A stretch of 64,000 nucleotides of DNA, from positions 1 to 64,000 of the IMG/VR virus record IMGVR_UViG_3300024999_000048. One strand, written 5' to 3'. The notes beneath the pieces were generated by a model that searched no databases, was not told the DNA's origin, and saw nothing but the letters and a program-made list of their open reading frames with translations. This stretch comes from a virus. This document shows, in pieces, positions 34,772-48,611 of the stretch (the first letter of the stretch is position 1; each line of letters begins with the position of its first letter). A program made the position numbers and the translations under genes.

Positions 34772-37399
34772 TTGTAAAGGAGAGATTATAAAAATGTATG
34801 AACTAACAAATAAAGACGAGGCATTATTAGATTGTGCTTTAGGTTTAATGAATAATGGAATGGAATGCAGTGATTGTATATTAAATTCATGGGAAGATTG
34901 CGTAAGTAGAATCTTCAAAGATGATGTAAGAGAATTATTAACTAAGATGAAAATAATGGATAAGAAATGGAGAATGCTAAAAATGAATGAAGATTGTTAT
35001 AAAGTATATGACAATAAAGAGATTAGTCAAATTATAGTCGAGATAAAATTTGATGCAAATATAGAAAGATCAGCTTTTGTGCCAGTAGCGAAATATGATT
35101 ATGAGTTTAGTGAAGGTGAAGTATATTTATGTTATGCGGAAGAACGTAAATTTTATAAGAAATATAATACGTGGAAGAAAGCAGTAGAGAGAAAATTCAA
35201 ATTATTTATTCCAGATGATATAAAGGAGGGGGAGGAGATTAAATAAATGACAAAAGACATAAACAAAATCTATCAATCAAAAGGTTATCAGAATCGCAAA
35301 GAATTCATTGAAAGTTTAGTGGAAGATGTTGATATTCCTTTGAAAAATGCATTGGATATTCTAGATAATAAATATTTCGATGAATTGGTTTGGTTGCTGA
35401 GCCATGAGATTGATGAGAAAGTTGAGGAGAGTGAACAATGACTAAAAATATATCAAATTACACAAGAAAACAAAATATTAAAGAGTTAGTTGACAAAATC
35501 ATAACTAAAACATTTGATATAATCCTTTACCCCTTACGTCTAGCATATAAAAAATATGATGGTTCTGATTTACAATCCAGAAGAAAAGTTAAGAAAGCCT
35601 ATGGTAAATTGATAAATAATATTTATAGAATTTTATTAAATGAAGGCTGTGTTTATGTCACTGATTTTTATGTCGGTCAAGAAAATGGTTCTTATGATAT
35701 TATTTCGATAGGTGAGGAATTTGTTTTGCTACATCATACAAAGAAAACTGCAAAGGTTATTTTTGATGAGATAGAAGATATTTTAAGAGGTGATGAAAGT
35801 TTAGTAGTTGATGATTATAGTGTTGGTGATTTGTTTAAGTATGGCTATTTTAAGGAAGATGGTAGAGTTATTAAGGCAAGTATGAAAATTTTTATATAAG
35901 GAGGAGATGTAAATAAATGTTAGAGTTTTATAAAATTAAGAGTCCATTTGATGGAGATGAACAATATAGTTCTGGCCTCAGAAATGGATATATCCACAAA
36001 TCCAAGAAAGGTAAAACATGGAATTCTATTGGTCATGTAAAAAGTCATTTGTCTATGACTCAGAGATTTGATAGTAAAGCATTTGAATTGTTTTATGATT
36101 CATGGTTGATTGTAAGAATCACATTGGAAGGAATGGAGGATTTAGGAACTGTCAAGGAGTTTAGAGAAAAGAATGGATGTTGGATGGGGTAAAATTGTGA
36201 AATATTTTACATTAATTTTATAGGCTGAAATAGGAGTGATATTTTGAGTTACACCTACAACGAGAAAGAAATAAAAACTAAAGAAGATGCAATTAATATT
36301 TTAGAAGAAATTAGAGCATATCAAGAATTAGAAGGATTTCCATTTGATTTTGGTAATGGATTAATTCAAAACGATTTGTCTTATGGTACAGAACATGTTT
36401 ATTGGAAAATGGATGCTCAAGTTTTAGAGGATATAATTGAAGATTGGGAAGAAGATATTGAATGGGCAAACTGGTTAAAATCTCAATCAAAGAAGAAATA
36501 TAAGAAACAAAAACTAAACAGGTATTATAGAAAAACAATTGATAAGAGAAAATTAATCAAATTATCTAAAACTTCATGGTGGATAGTATATTACAATGAA
36601 AAAGAAAACAGATATATTCGATGCTATTATAGTGGTAGGAAAAGTTATGCAAAATGGTGTTCTGATAAAACGGTAAGGAATAGCAATGATTTTTCGTTAA
36701 TAGGAGCTGGATATAGGAAATGTTTTAATTATTGGTATACTGTGTTTTAAGAGAATAATCAAAATAAAATGTATGATTTATTCTATGTTAAGGAGGTGAA
36801 AACAATGAAACAAACATTAGGTAATTTATTAGATAATATAACTAAAATACTTTATGAACATAATTCAGAAATAATGTTATTAAACGACAATATTCCAGAA
36901 GATGAATATGATGTAGAAGCTTTAAATATTGTATTAAAGATTTTTGAATGTGACAATGCTACAGAGGTTAAAAATATTGTTACTGATACATTTGTTGAAT
37001 ATTTTGGTGAAGGTGCTGTAACAAGAGAACAGGATTATACTAATATTGCAAAAGAAATTTGGATCTTGTGGGAAGATTATATTAATTATAATATGAGCAA
37101 GTAAAAATAAGAGAAAAGAGGAAATAAAATGAGTAATGGTTGGATTAAAAATTTATCATCTGAAGATTTCTATTTTATTCAATTTAACAATTATCTAGGT
37201 TGGGATAAAATAAATGAAAAAACTCCTTATTATGTTTTATTAGAAACTATAAAAGGAAAAAATAAATCATCTCAGGATATAGGAGTTAAATTTGATGATA
37301 TTTCACATGGTAATTTCTATTGGAAAGGGTAATTGGATGGATGATTTTGAAGAGTTTAGGATTGAATGTGATAATAAGAGAAACGGGAGGGATAAATAA

Positions 37400-37780
37400 A
37401 TGAGCAGGGAAATAAAATTTAGAGCATGAGAACCATTAAATAAAAATATGATATATTTTGATGGTTTTATTCCATTCCAAATAGGAGAGAGATATGTTGA
37501 GGGAGCTTTAAGTTCACAGAATCAAGAGAAAAGATATTTAACAACCATGAATTTCGATGCTATTGAAATGATGGAATATGTAGGATTAAAGGATAAAAAT
37601 GGTAAGGAAATGTACGAGGGAGATATCTTACATATCGAAGGAAGAGATATCTCTCAACTTTTATATTTTGAAGATTCAGCATTTCAAACAGATGAATTTT
37701 TATTATTTGATGTAAAACTATTAAGAACTATAAAAGTCGTTGGTAATATTTACGAGAATTCAGAATTGTTAGATAGGTGA
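37400..37780 (+). pseudogene. YopX-family protein with TGA at the conserved Trp
   Basis: MSREIKFRA*(TGA 37427)EP... continues in frame into MEYVGLKDKNGKEMYEGDIL...VVGNIYEN.ELL. Confidence 0.8.
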
Positions 37781-38389
37781 GGTTATTGGCAATAAATATG
37801 ATAATATTAATTTGTTGGAAGGAGTAGAGTAAATAAATAATGATAAAACAAGATAAAATAAATTTCATTAAAGAATGGTATACATTTAGAGAATATATGT
37901 GTAAAAAATACAATGATATTTGTACAGAATGTCAATTGTATGAATCTAGTGATGGATGGTCTAATGAAAATGGAGAATATAAATATAGTCATAATTGTAA
38001 ATATGATTTTGAACAAGGTTTTGCAGAAGAAATAATTGAATTGATGGAAAATAAATAAAAAGAAAAGAGGTAATTAATATGATCGAACAAGATATGATGA
38101 TTTTACAATTTGTAATGCCATATGATAAAATTTTAAAAGATGAAAACGCTTATTGGGAAGAAGATACCCAAACTATGTATTCATCTGAGAGATACTTGGG
38201 ATTAAGAGAATTTAATAAACATGGGTTTAGAGTTTTGCAATTTGTACCTAATCGTTATGAAAATCATAAAGCAGAATGGGTTCTAGTAGAAAAATTTGAA
38301 TAAAATTACATTGTTTGGGTTTGCACAAATAAAAGACAAATATTAAAGGTTATATATAAATAATAAAATAAATGGAGGAATAATAATTA

Positions 38390-39073
38390 ATGGCAAAAGT
38401 TAAAAAGGATAAGAATGGTCTAGTGGTAACTTATGATAAAGATAGAGCATCAATTTTGCAAGGAGATTCATGGGTATTCACCGATAGTTTAAATTTAGCA
38501 GAAGTTTTAGGAACAGAGAGAAAAGTAATAGTCACCAAAATAAAAGATGTTTTAAAATTTTATAAATTGAGTAGCGAGAACCACATCCCAGAAATTTATG
38601 AAATTGCGTATTATGTTAACTCACAAAACAAGAAACAACCTTACTACAAAATGTCTAAGTGGTTTACTATTGAGGTGTTAAAAAAGTGTAATCGAAAGAA
38701 TAGTTATTTAGCCAAAAAAGAATTAGAGAGAATAGGAGTTTATGATGTTAGAGATTTACCAAAAATAATCTCAGAGAATATGTTTTATAATATATTAACG
38801 GGACTATTTCCTAAATTAAAAATACATAGACAACACAAAGTTGAAAATTGTTTTGTTGATTTTTATATAGAAGACATAAAATTGTTTGTTGAATTTGACG
38901 AAGATTACCACAAAAATAAGTTACAAAATAATGCTGATAAAATAAGGGAAATAAAAATATTAAATTATAATGACAATAGTATTATTCGAGTAGATAAAAA
39001 TGATATATATGATGGATTAAGGAAAATAATATTAATAGTTAGTGATACGTTAGGCTTAAATAATGCAATATAA
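38390..39073 (+). CDS. Rha-like N-terminal domain fused to a DUF559/Vsr-like endonuclease domain
   Basis: DSLNLAEVLG...Y.NSQNKKQPYY; C-terminal RQHKV....VDFY....VEFDE.YH....D.IRE. Confidence 0.7.
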   Translation: MAKVKKDKNGLVVTYDKDRASILQGDSWVFTDSLNLAEVLGTERKVIVTKIKDVLKFYKLSSENHIPEIYEIAYYVNSQNKKQPYYKMSKWFTIEVLKKCNRKNSYLAKKELERIGVYDVRDLPKIISENMFYNILTGLFPKLKIHRQHKVENCFVDFYIEDIKLFVEFDEDYHKNKLQNNADKIREIKILNYNDNSIIRVDKNDIYDGLRKIILIVSDTLGLNNAI

Positions 39074-39090
39074 AGGAGTTTTATAAAATT

Positions 39091-39657
39091 ATGTACATAA
39101 ATAGTAATAAGATATCAGTTGAAACGGGATTAAGTCATGAAATAATAGAATTTACAATCAAAGATGTTGTGAACTCTTATAATCTTAATTCAGAAATTAT
39201 CAAAGATTTTACCTATTTCAACTATCAGAAATTAGAAGACGGAAGTTACGATTTAACAAAAGATTTAATGGTATTGCTAATTTTTAATCTTCCTGAGACA
39301 GAAAAAATTATGGAATATAGAAAGTTATATATCGCCAAATTCAATGAAACATCCAAAAAACTACTTAATAATAAAGAAAAGCTGGAACTTGACATTACCT
39401 TTACAAATCTCGTATATTCAACTTTGTATGGATATGATGCCTATAAATTAAGAATGATACATAATTTGCCCAAAGGTGAAAATATAAGACCTTGGCTATC
39501 AGATGAAGACGTTAAGGTTGTTGATAAAATGGAACAAGAAGTTGGCACTCTGATTTCTTATGGAATCGAGTTGAAGGTGATTAGGTCTATGATTAGTAAG
39601 AAACATGGTGGAAGTGATAAGAGAGAATTAGTTTTGTTGAATGAGAAAAGGAAGTAA
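39091..39657 (+). CDS. Degenerate Rha-like regulatory protein
   Basis: INS..IS.ETG..H..I...I and Y.LTKD...L....YIAKFN Rha-like pattern. Confidence 0.5.
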   Translation: MYINSNKISVETGLSHEIIEFTIKDVVNSYNLNSEIIKDFTYFNYQKLEDGSYDLTKDLMVLLIFNLPETEKIMEYRKLYIAKFNETSKKLLNNKEKLELDITFTNLVYSTLYGYDAYKLRMIHNLPKGENIRPWLSDEDVKVVDKMEQEVGTLISYGIELKVIRSMISKKHGGSDKRELVLLNEKRK

Positions 39658-42600
39658 ATTTTCGAATACTTTGAAATCCAGAACTTATGGGATAATTATA
39701 AAACAATAAATAAATTTATACAGTCTATTGATTTTTGTATTGATAGACTGTATAATAGTATCAAGGAGTAAGTCAAAGGAGCGTGTTGCATTTATGAAAG
39801 TTAAAATCACAAAAGATGGCGACAATGACAAAATGGTTATACTAAATGTTTTAGATTGGAGTGCAATGAATATTAGTGACTTGATAGGCAAAAAGATTGT
39901 GAATATAGTCCTTGACAATAAGTATGAAGAAACTACTTTAGAATTGGAGTAATTCCATAAGTTTATATTTTCATGCTATCGTGAAAGGAAGGAATATCCT
40001 AAGAAAGTATATTTGGAAGATGCGTTACTTCATAATCGCATGTTAGAATTTTTAAAGTTGCTTTAAATTATATTGAAAAGGGTGATAAAAAATGGAACAA
40101 TTATTAGATGCCACAATTATTTTAGATGCAGAATTAACACCCGAACAATTGGATGCGGTAATACAATCACTAAAGGATGATTCGGTAAAACTACTCAAAG
40201 AATTAGAACTGATGAGAGAGAAAAAGAAATTAATATGGGGTTACTAAATATAATCCCATATTTTCATTCGAAATGTTGCTTTTAAGCTATAAAATATAAT
40301 TGAAAAGGAAAGTGTAAAAATGAGATATTTTGAAGTAATAATGAAAAGCGGAGAAAAGAATCATCTTTCATATGATGCAGTAGAAATTCAAAGAGATGGA
40401 ATATCAGAAATTATTAAAGAAATTGATAGGAATGATTTTTTGAGAGAAAAAGAAGGAATATGTGAAGAATTGTTGTGCCATTCATGCGAAGAAAATAAAT
40501 GCAGTATTATTTAATACGAAAAATACATTTAAATGAAAGGGGTGTAAGGCAATGATTAAAATTTGTACAGCATGTGGTCAAGAAATAGACACAAAAGAAC
40601 AACCATATTTCAAAATTGGTAGTAAATATATCTGTGATGATACTGTTAATGTAGATTGTTGTACTATTTTCTTGAGTTGGCACAGAAAGAACGAAGATAA
40701 GACTGAATAAGTTGGCACTTTTATTCCAATTAAAATGAGAAAAGGAGATACATAATGGAAACAATTAGACAAACAATTCTAATTAATAAACCTAAAATTC
40801 TTAACAATAAAGAACATTCATTTTATGATTGGGGAAATTATATCAAAGAATATGTTGATGTATTAGAAAAACAACTTTGCGAATTATTTTCTAATGCTCA
40901 TAAATATTTCTGTGATAAAGAGAGTAAATTAGTTGGAAGAGATAGTTGGTTAGGGAATCATATCAGACCAAACAAACAATTGTATATTTATGATTTCTGG
41001 GAAATGGAAAATATCGAAGAATTTAGTTTTGGATTTAATTCAACTAGAGGCAAGGATATCGGTAAATTAGTTGTGGATATTAAGTGGGTGTAAATATTTT
41101 GAATATTAAGGAGGTTAATATTATGCATGGAATTTGTAAAGAGTGTGGATTTGAGGGAGATTGTATCAGTGCGGAAAATGATTTATGCGCCGAATGTAAT
41201 GAAGATATTAGACAATGTGAAATTTGTAAATTCCCATGTCGCACTATAGAAGAACAAACTAGAAAAATTGGTTTGAAATCATGCTTGAATTGTAGTTGGG
41301 AAGGTTGTACTAGTTATGGGCTTGATGAAAAGATTTGTGATATATTTAATGCAAAAGATAGTTTGAAATGATGTTTTCCTAGTATTTTAGAAAAGGAGTG
41401 ATAATTTATGTCAAGAAAAGAGAATTATTATGCAACTACTGTCCAAAGATATTTACCTAAAGCACAAGAAATTTGGAAAGATTATAAAGTTTCACATCAG
41501 TTTATTATTATTTGTAAAACTAACTCAATTGCTAATGCCAACAAAATTGCTCAAGATTTTGGGTTTGAGAAGAATACATTTAAAAGTGATGTAACACGTA
41601 ATTATATTAGAGCAGAAGAAATTAAATCTTTAGAAGAATCAAAGTCAAAATTTATTATTCGTCCTATACAAGCATGGGAAAATGAATCTAAAGATATTAT
41701 GGAAGTATTGTAAAAGGAGGATATTAATAATTTTGATCCCTTAAAAGAATCGTTTGATAGGTAGGGGTAAATTAATGTTTAAAAGATGCTCTAATTGCAA
41801 ACATAAAACCGTAGGAGAAGATAAAGAACCTTGTATTAGTTGTAGATGTAATTGGGTGGCTGAACCAATTGATAAGAATGATTGTTATACTATTATCACA
41901 CATTTCGGAGATTTAAAAGGTAATGCATATATAGATAAGGATTTATATTGTGAAACGCAAGGATGCCATAGTAAACAATTTGTAATAAATTGGGATGATG
42001 GATCTATCACTATTAATTGTAGTTCTGGTTTAGCTTGGATTAATAGAACAACTCTACAATTAGTACAATATCCTCATCATTAAAATTATCCTACGAACTC
42101 ATACTTTCATCGTATGTCAATTATGGGTTTGAAAATCAAAGCATTTGGAAGTATAATTAAGTATTAACAAGTATGAGGGAGGTAAATTTATGATAACTGC
42201 AATAAAATTATCAAAAGAAGAAGTTTATACCGTTATTTGTAATCATTTTCAAATAAAAGGTCATATGGTTGCAGGAATTGAATCAAAAACAAAATTATTC
42301 AAAGGATTATACGAATTAAAAGTTATGTTAGTTAATGGGAATTATTTTATTTTAACAAAAGATGAGGCTTTTACCATAGTATGTGAATATTATCAAAGTA
42401 AAGGATATAAAGTTAATGGAATTTATATCTTAAATAATGGAGACTCTTTTGAACTGGTTACTCGTTAAATAACACGAAAGGTAGGTTTTAAGTTATGTTT
42501 GGCTACAATTATAAATACAAATATATCTATTTTTTAAAGATAAAAGAGTCCAAGATACAGCAGATTTAGTAGCTACAAGACTAGAAGAGAGTGAGAGATA

Positions 42601-42994
42601 CTATATTCACAAATGCAGAGGTGGAGAGTTTAGAACAGGAGATATAGTCTCTAAAGATGAGTTTGTAAAGATGTTGGTGTTAGTAACTAGACCAATTGTG
42701 TTGAGTGACAGTTATATCGATTTGGAATTATAGGAGGTAAAACATGAGTAAAAAGTTAGTATTTATTAAAACAAAAGCTGAGATATTTTGTCCATTCTGC
42801 AAAGAAAATAATTGGTGGGATTATGATCATATACAAATAAAACAAGGAAAATACAGTGGCGATTACACTCTGCTTACTAAAATTGAATGTCAGTGCGGAT
42901 ACTGTGCAATGTTTAGAGATGATTGTTTAGAGTGCCTGAATTGAAATGTATCAAGTAGTTTGTTACATTTAAAGAAGAAAGTGGTTGATTAGAC

Positions 42995-43423
42995 ATGAAT
43001 TTAGAACAAGCAATTTCTATAGCATCATTAGCTCATGCAGGACAATTAGACAAAGGTGGAGAACCTTATATTTTACATCCACTCAGAGTTATGATGAAAC
43101 TTAAAGATGAGAAACAAAGAATTGTTGCTGTATTACATGATGTTATAGAAGATACAAAAGTAACGATTCAAGATTTATTAGATCAAGGATTGGATTGTGA
43201 CTTGGCAAATATTGTTTTGATTTTAACCAGACGTAAAGATGAGAATTATGATGAATATATAAATCGTATATGTTATGATGAACTTGCGATGAGAGTAAAA
43301 TTAGCAGATTTAAATGACAATATGGATATGTCTAGAATTGATATTTTAACAAAAAAAGATTATCAACGTTTGGCTAAATATCGTGTAGCTAGAAGTATAT
43401 TGGAGAATATTTTGTTTGGATAG
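42995..43423 (+). CDS. Stand-alone HD hydrolase of the RelA/SpoT HD (small alarmone hydrolase-like) type
   Basis: AH.GQ.DKGG.PYILHP..V...A.LHDVIED...VKLADL.DN. Confidence 0.8.
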   Translation: MNLEQAISIASLAHAGQLDKGGEPYILHPLRVMMKLKDEKQRIVAVLHDVIEDTKVTIQDLLDQGLDCDLANIVLILTRRKDENYDEYINRICYDELAMRVKLADLNDNMDMSRIDILTKKDYQRLAKYRVARSILENILFG

Positions 43424-46400
43424 TTCCGAGGAAACAAAAGATTTAATTGAAATTGGAGGAGGAATAAACATATGAAATCATGGAATGAAGTTAAACCTAA
43501 TATGGTAGTTTATATTAAAGATCCAATCGAAGTCTATGAAGATGAAACTGCAATTGGAAGTACAAAAGCGTTTCAAAAAGCTCAGATTAATGTGTGTGAT
43601 AATGAGAGTGTAGAAGTAATTATTGATGGTGGGCAATTTGATGGTTATGATTTCTATTGGTATATCAAAACAGATAAACCTGAAGAATTATTAACAAAGG
43701 AAGAATATAATTTGCTAAATATTAGCGAAAAGAAGATTTGGATTGAACTTCAAAAGTATTTAAAGAAAATTGATGCGCTTAAAGAAAAATCGGAAGATAT
43801 TTTGGAAATTAAGAGATTAATTGAGAAAAATCAATAGAACGAAAGTAGAGTTTAAAAAGAAAGGGTGATAATTATTTTAAAAATTACTTTTACTCTAAAT
43901 ATACCTTGGATCACAGGAGAACCTGCTGGAACAATTATATCAATTGAGCAACATACACAAAGAGAAGTTAATCAATGGGTTAAACATCATAAAAAGCATT
44001 GTGGTCTAGATGTTATAAGTATTACTGGCGAAGCTACGGATACATTAAAAGATTCGTAACCGAATGAAATAGATAATTTAATTGAAAAGAGAAAGGTGAT
44101 AGATTATGAATAAAAGTCTGAATATTATTGTTGACACAACCTGTTTTGATGATTACAAGTCAATGATAGAATTAGTAATTATCAATATGTTCGCAGAGAT
44201 AAATGAAAAGTTGTCCAGAGGTGACGAAATAAGCAGAGAGGATAAGAACGCAATTCTTATTATGTTTCAAGTAGTGCATGAAGATTGTAAATGCATAAAG
44301 AAAATTAACATTAATGAGGATGAACGTAGTTATGAAGGCTCTATACAAGAATTAGTAAACCTAGCTTCTGCAAGTGGAATTATGAGTCACTTTGAGAAAT
44401 TGATAAAACAGTATGTTAATGTTTTTGGCAAATCAGGTGAGATATTAAAAATCACAATATGCAACTTTGAAGACAGCAAATATAAAGATAAATTAAAGTA
44501 TCAATTAAAAAAATACTTCGACAATGAATTGATTGAATTAAAATGGAAATAAAACAGTGATTTTAAAGTATTTATATGTTTGAAAAACGGAGCATTACGG
44601 AGCAAATGGAAGCATGGAGGAGATAGAAAATGGATAGTAAATTACAAAGATTAAATTCTCTAAATTATCAAGCGTCAAAACTTTTAGAATCATATTCTGA
44701 TATTTTTATTGAGAATTATGGATTAGCAATTGAATTTGGAAATGTTTTGGTCACAATTAATACTTTGATTGAAAAAGAAGAAATTGAATAGGCATGGCAA
44801 TTTCGATGAATAGGAGAATTAAATAAAATGAAATTATTAATGTGTAAAAACTGTGGAGACGTTTTTAGTCTTGATTATCAAGAAAAACATTGTAAATGCA
44901 AAGGTATAAAAGGTAAATATTTAGATGATTTGAATGCCGAATATTATGGAGATGATGCAATCCCGTTAGGTTTTGCAAATAATAGTATATCTTTTGCTAT
45001 TAATAATCAACCATTGAATGGTATGGGATATAATTTTAATGCTTTTGTTATTCCTAAAGAATGTGATACTTTTATTAAAAAGTAAGTTTAATATAATAAA
45101 CAAATTTACTTGAAAGCGAGGAAATATAATGGCTGGATGTGGAATAAGACGATGTTGTGAAAATTGCAATAATCAAGTAGAAGTTAAGAAATATGTTTAT
45201 TATTGTAAATTCGGAGAAAAAGTATTTCAGGAATGTCAAGTGGAGTATCCAGAAGATTTAAAAGCAGGGAAACTTTATGATCCAATGCTAAAAGATTTAG
45301 TTTTGAAAAAAGATTGTTTCGTATTATTGGAAGGTTATTAGGAATAGGTAGGAGGATATCAGAATGAATATATGTGAAAAGTTAATTTGTCATTCTTGTG
45401 AAGAAAATAAGTGTGACATAAAGGAATTTGCTAAGTTAAATGGTATTTCAGAAGATATGGCAAAAGAGATTCTTGAAGAATATCATGCAGACCAAGAAGC
45501 TCAAATGCAAGAAGTATATGAGGATATTATAAGATCATCTCGTTAAAGGCATAAACCTTAAATCTGTTATGAAGGAGGGTAAAAGGTGTGTTTTCTACTA
45601 ATGAAGATGTAACAATCCATGATTCTGATTTTGAATTTTATTTAAAAGGCAAACCTACTGGTGAATATGCGAGAGGTAGAGTTATTAAGAAAGATGGAAG
45701 TATATATCATGTAAAACTATATTGTAATGGCGAAGTCTATGCGGTGATAGAAAAATTCTTATATAGAGCATGGTAATAAAACAACCATTCTATAGACTTT
45801 ATTACTGGAAAATCATAGTAATATCAAGTATAATTAGCATGAGAGGTGTAAATCATGCAAGATATTATCAATACTATTAAAATATCAAATAATCCCAAAG
45901 AAGTAAAACAAATTTTAAAATCATTGAAAATTAAAGAAGTGATTAAAGTAGCGAATGGTTTGAATGTTAAGATTAGAGGCAATGAGAATAAAACAGAGAT
46001 TATTAGTAATATTATTTTGGAAATTATGAAATAGAAAGGTTGTTAATGATATGCAAGTAGAAATTATTCACACAAATGAAACTGGGCAATGGCAATGGGC
46101 AGTACAATTTGCCGGAACAGATATGTGGTTAAATGCTTTTGAGACGAATGAATTGGCAGTAGAATATTGTGAAATTAACGGTTATATAATTAAGGATAAG
46201 GAGTGAATAATATTTGAAACTAAATATTAGGCAAGTAGGTCTATGGTGGAAATGGAATGAATATTGCAACAATTGTGGTAAACAAATCAGAGATGACAGT
46301 TTTTCATCAAGTGTCAAACCTGACGAGGATAAGACTGATTATTGTTTAGAATGTTTAAATAAAATTCATAATGGTATTGTTGACAAGTCTTGAGTATAAA

Positions 46401-46426
46401 TGCAAAAATAAAATTTATTAATGTGG

Positions 46427-46456
46427 TTGACTTATGAATTAATGGTATGGTAGAAT
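46427..46456 (+). promoter_or_regulatory. SigmaA-type promoter
   Basis: TTGACT-18 nt-TAGAAT with extended TG. Confidence 0.55.
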
Positions 46457-46894
46457 AGGGTAAGAATAAATTTTGAGAGGCGGAGCAAAGATGGGATATG
46501 GAAGAATTCAGTCTCTATCAGAGATAGAATTACATCAAGCATTTGACGAGATTGTGAAATACAACAATGGAGGATTTCTTGCAGAAGATGCACTTGTGAG
46601 ACAAATTAGGAATGAATTTGCTAAAGAAATGGGTAGCGAATCTTTAGATATGGGATGTATTCATGCTTGTAATGAAATTACATTTGAGATTGCTAAAAGA
46701 CATTATGATCCAAAAGGTAAAGAATATCGTGTATATTATAAAGACCACGCAAATACAACGTGGCCTGAGTGGTTTGATTTTGCTGGATCTACAATAGAGG
46801 AAGCAGAAGAAGTTAAGTCAAGAATTGAAGAGGTTGAAACTGTTTATGATGTAGAGATTAGATGCGTCTAGTCTCATCTCTATAAAATTGAGAG

Positions 46895-47083
46895 GTGGAA
46901 TTATCAATGAACTCAAATGAAAAGTATTATGAATTTCTTGACAATCTAAGAGAAAGTGGAGTAACCAATATGTTTGGTGCAACGGAATATTTAATGGAAG
47001 CATTTTCTGATTTATTAGAAGTTAAAGCAAGGGAAATATTGAGAAGTTGGATGAAGACTTTTTCAGATAGGCATCCAGAATAA
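46895..47083 (+). CDS. Small phage protein (LRESG.TNMF motif, DUF5049-like)
   Basis: FLD.LRESG.TNMFGA..YL motif. Confidence 0.5.
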   Translation: MELSMNSNEKYYEFLDNLRESGVTNMFGATEYLMEAFSDLLEVKAREILRSWMKTFSDRHPE

Positions 47084-47960
47084 AATCATCAAGGATGAAC
47101 TTTAAAGAAATTAGAAGGGAATGATTTAATTATGCTTCAAATGTATAAGGGATTTTATTATAATGGAGATTATGCGATATATGGTGATGTATGGAATAAA
47201 GTACCTAATAATTTTTTTGGTTCAGGTATAGCCAGAAAAGTATTATATGAAATTGACAAATATTATGAGTATTTAGATAAAGAAAAATATATAGACTTTA
47301 AAGATTATATTGATAAAAATATTGATGATTTAAATTATAAATTAAACAACATAGATATCCTAATTGAAGATGGTTTAGATATTGGTGGAGTTTCTATGAT
47401 TATTCAATTGGTAAATGGCACTTCATTAATTATTAATACAAGTGAATGGGGATCTATCAAAAGACTTTAAGAATAATGTGATACCTTTTGAAAGAAGATT
47501 AGAAAGGATGTGATAAATCATGAAAACATATATGACAATTTTTATCCCAGAATTAGAAATTATGAAAACAGTTAGCAAAGACATTATTAAAATTGATTTA
47601 GATAATCCATTTAAAGTAAGTGGTAAGAAAGATAATTATTATAAAGTTGATCCTTATTTATATTCTAATAATGGTCATATTATTGATGCAATAAATGAAA
47701 AACAGTTGAAAAATTTAAACCACTATGAAAGTGTAATTATTGTTAATGGTGAATATTTATCAGATATATTAGAATTAGAATTTAATACTCTGTATCATCA
47801 GTTAAATAATATCGGAGTTATAGTAACTTATACAGGTGATTGTGATGAATATGACGGTGAGCAAATTGCAGTTAGTAAAATGATTGCTTATGCAAGTGAA
47901 TTAAAGGCGATTTGCGAGAAGATAATTTAAGGTATTTAAAGAAAGAGGAGACACATAAAA

Positions 47961-48611
47961 ATGGATGAACGTACAACCATGGAACATGAAAGTTTTGCAA
48001 TGTTAGGTCTTACAAGGAGTTCATGCAGTTTTAGTCAAAATCTATTTGGGAGTTCTATTCAACATAGTCATACTATTAAACTCAAAATTGCTCCTGCTAA
48101 AATTGATAGAATGCTGAATAGGGATTGGTTTCACGCTAACACAAAACCTTATATTGAAGTTGAGATGTCATACTCACAATTTGCTGAAGCAATTACATCA
48201 ATGAATGTGGGAGATGGCGTACCAGTTACACTCAGACGGTTAAATGGTAAAACGATTGAAGACTGCCCACAATTTGATAAACGGCAAGAATTTGAGAAAG
48301 AGTTTGAAAAGGAAATGCAAAAAATCGGAAAGTCACTTAGGATTTTAACTGAACAAGCTGAAGCATTATTAAGTGAGAAAAAACCACCAACAAAAGCAGA
48401 TAAAGAAGCTATTCTTAAAGGAATTAAGATGTTACAGCAAGAGATTGAAAGCAATGTTCCTTTTATTCAAAGTAGTTTCAATGAGCAGATGGATAAAACT
48501 ATTCTTGAAGCAAAAGGTGAATTTGAAGGTTTTGTAATGCATAAAGTAATTTCTACAGGATTAGAAGGGTTACAAAAAGAATTTAAAATGCTTGGAAATA
48601 ATGAGGAATAA
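47961..48611 (+). CDS. Phage hypothetical protein
   Basis: LFGS.I.H...IEV.MS..QFA..ITS.N.G.GVPVT motif and coiled-coil C-terminus. Confidence 0.55.
   Translation: MDERTTMEHESFAMLGLTRSSCSFSQNLFGSSIQHSHTIKLKIAPAKIDRMLNRDWFHANTKPYIEVEMSYSQFAEAITSMNVGDGVPVTLRRLNGKTIEDCPQFDKRQEFEKEFEKEMQKIGKSLRILTEQAEALLSEKKPPTKADKEAILKGIKMLQQEIESNVPFIQSSFNEQMDKTILEAKGEFEGFVMHKVISTGLEGLQKEFKMLGNNEE

Noticed and set aside
37427-37429. TGA-to-Trp recoding (alternative genetic code) suggested by the YopX FRA* codon
   Set aside because: TGA ends many genes normally (for example 1269, 17800, 20389), TGG is used for Trp throughout, and long genes have no internal TGA. A point mutation is simpler.
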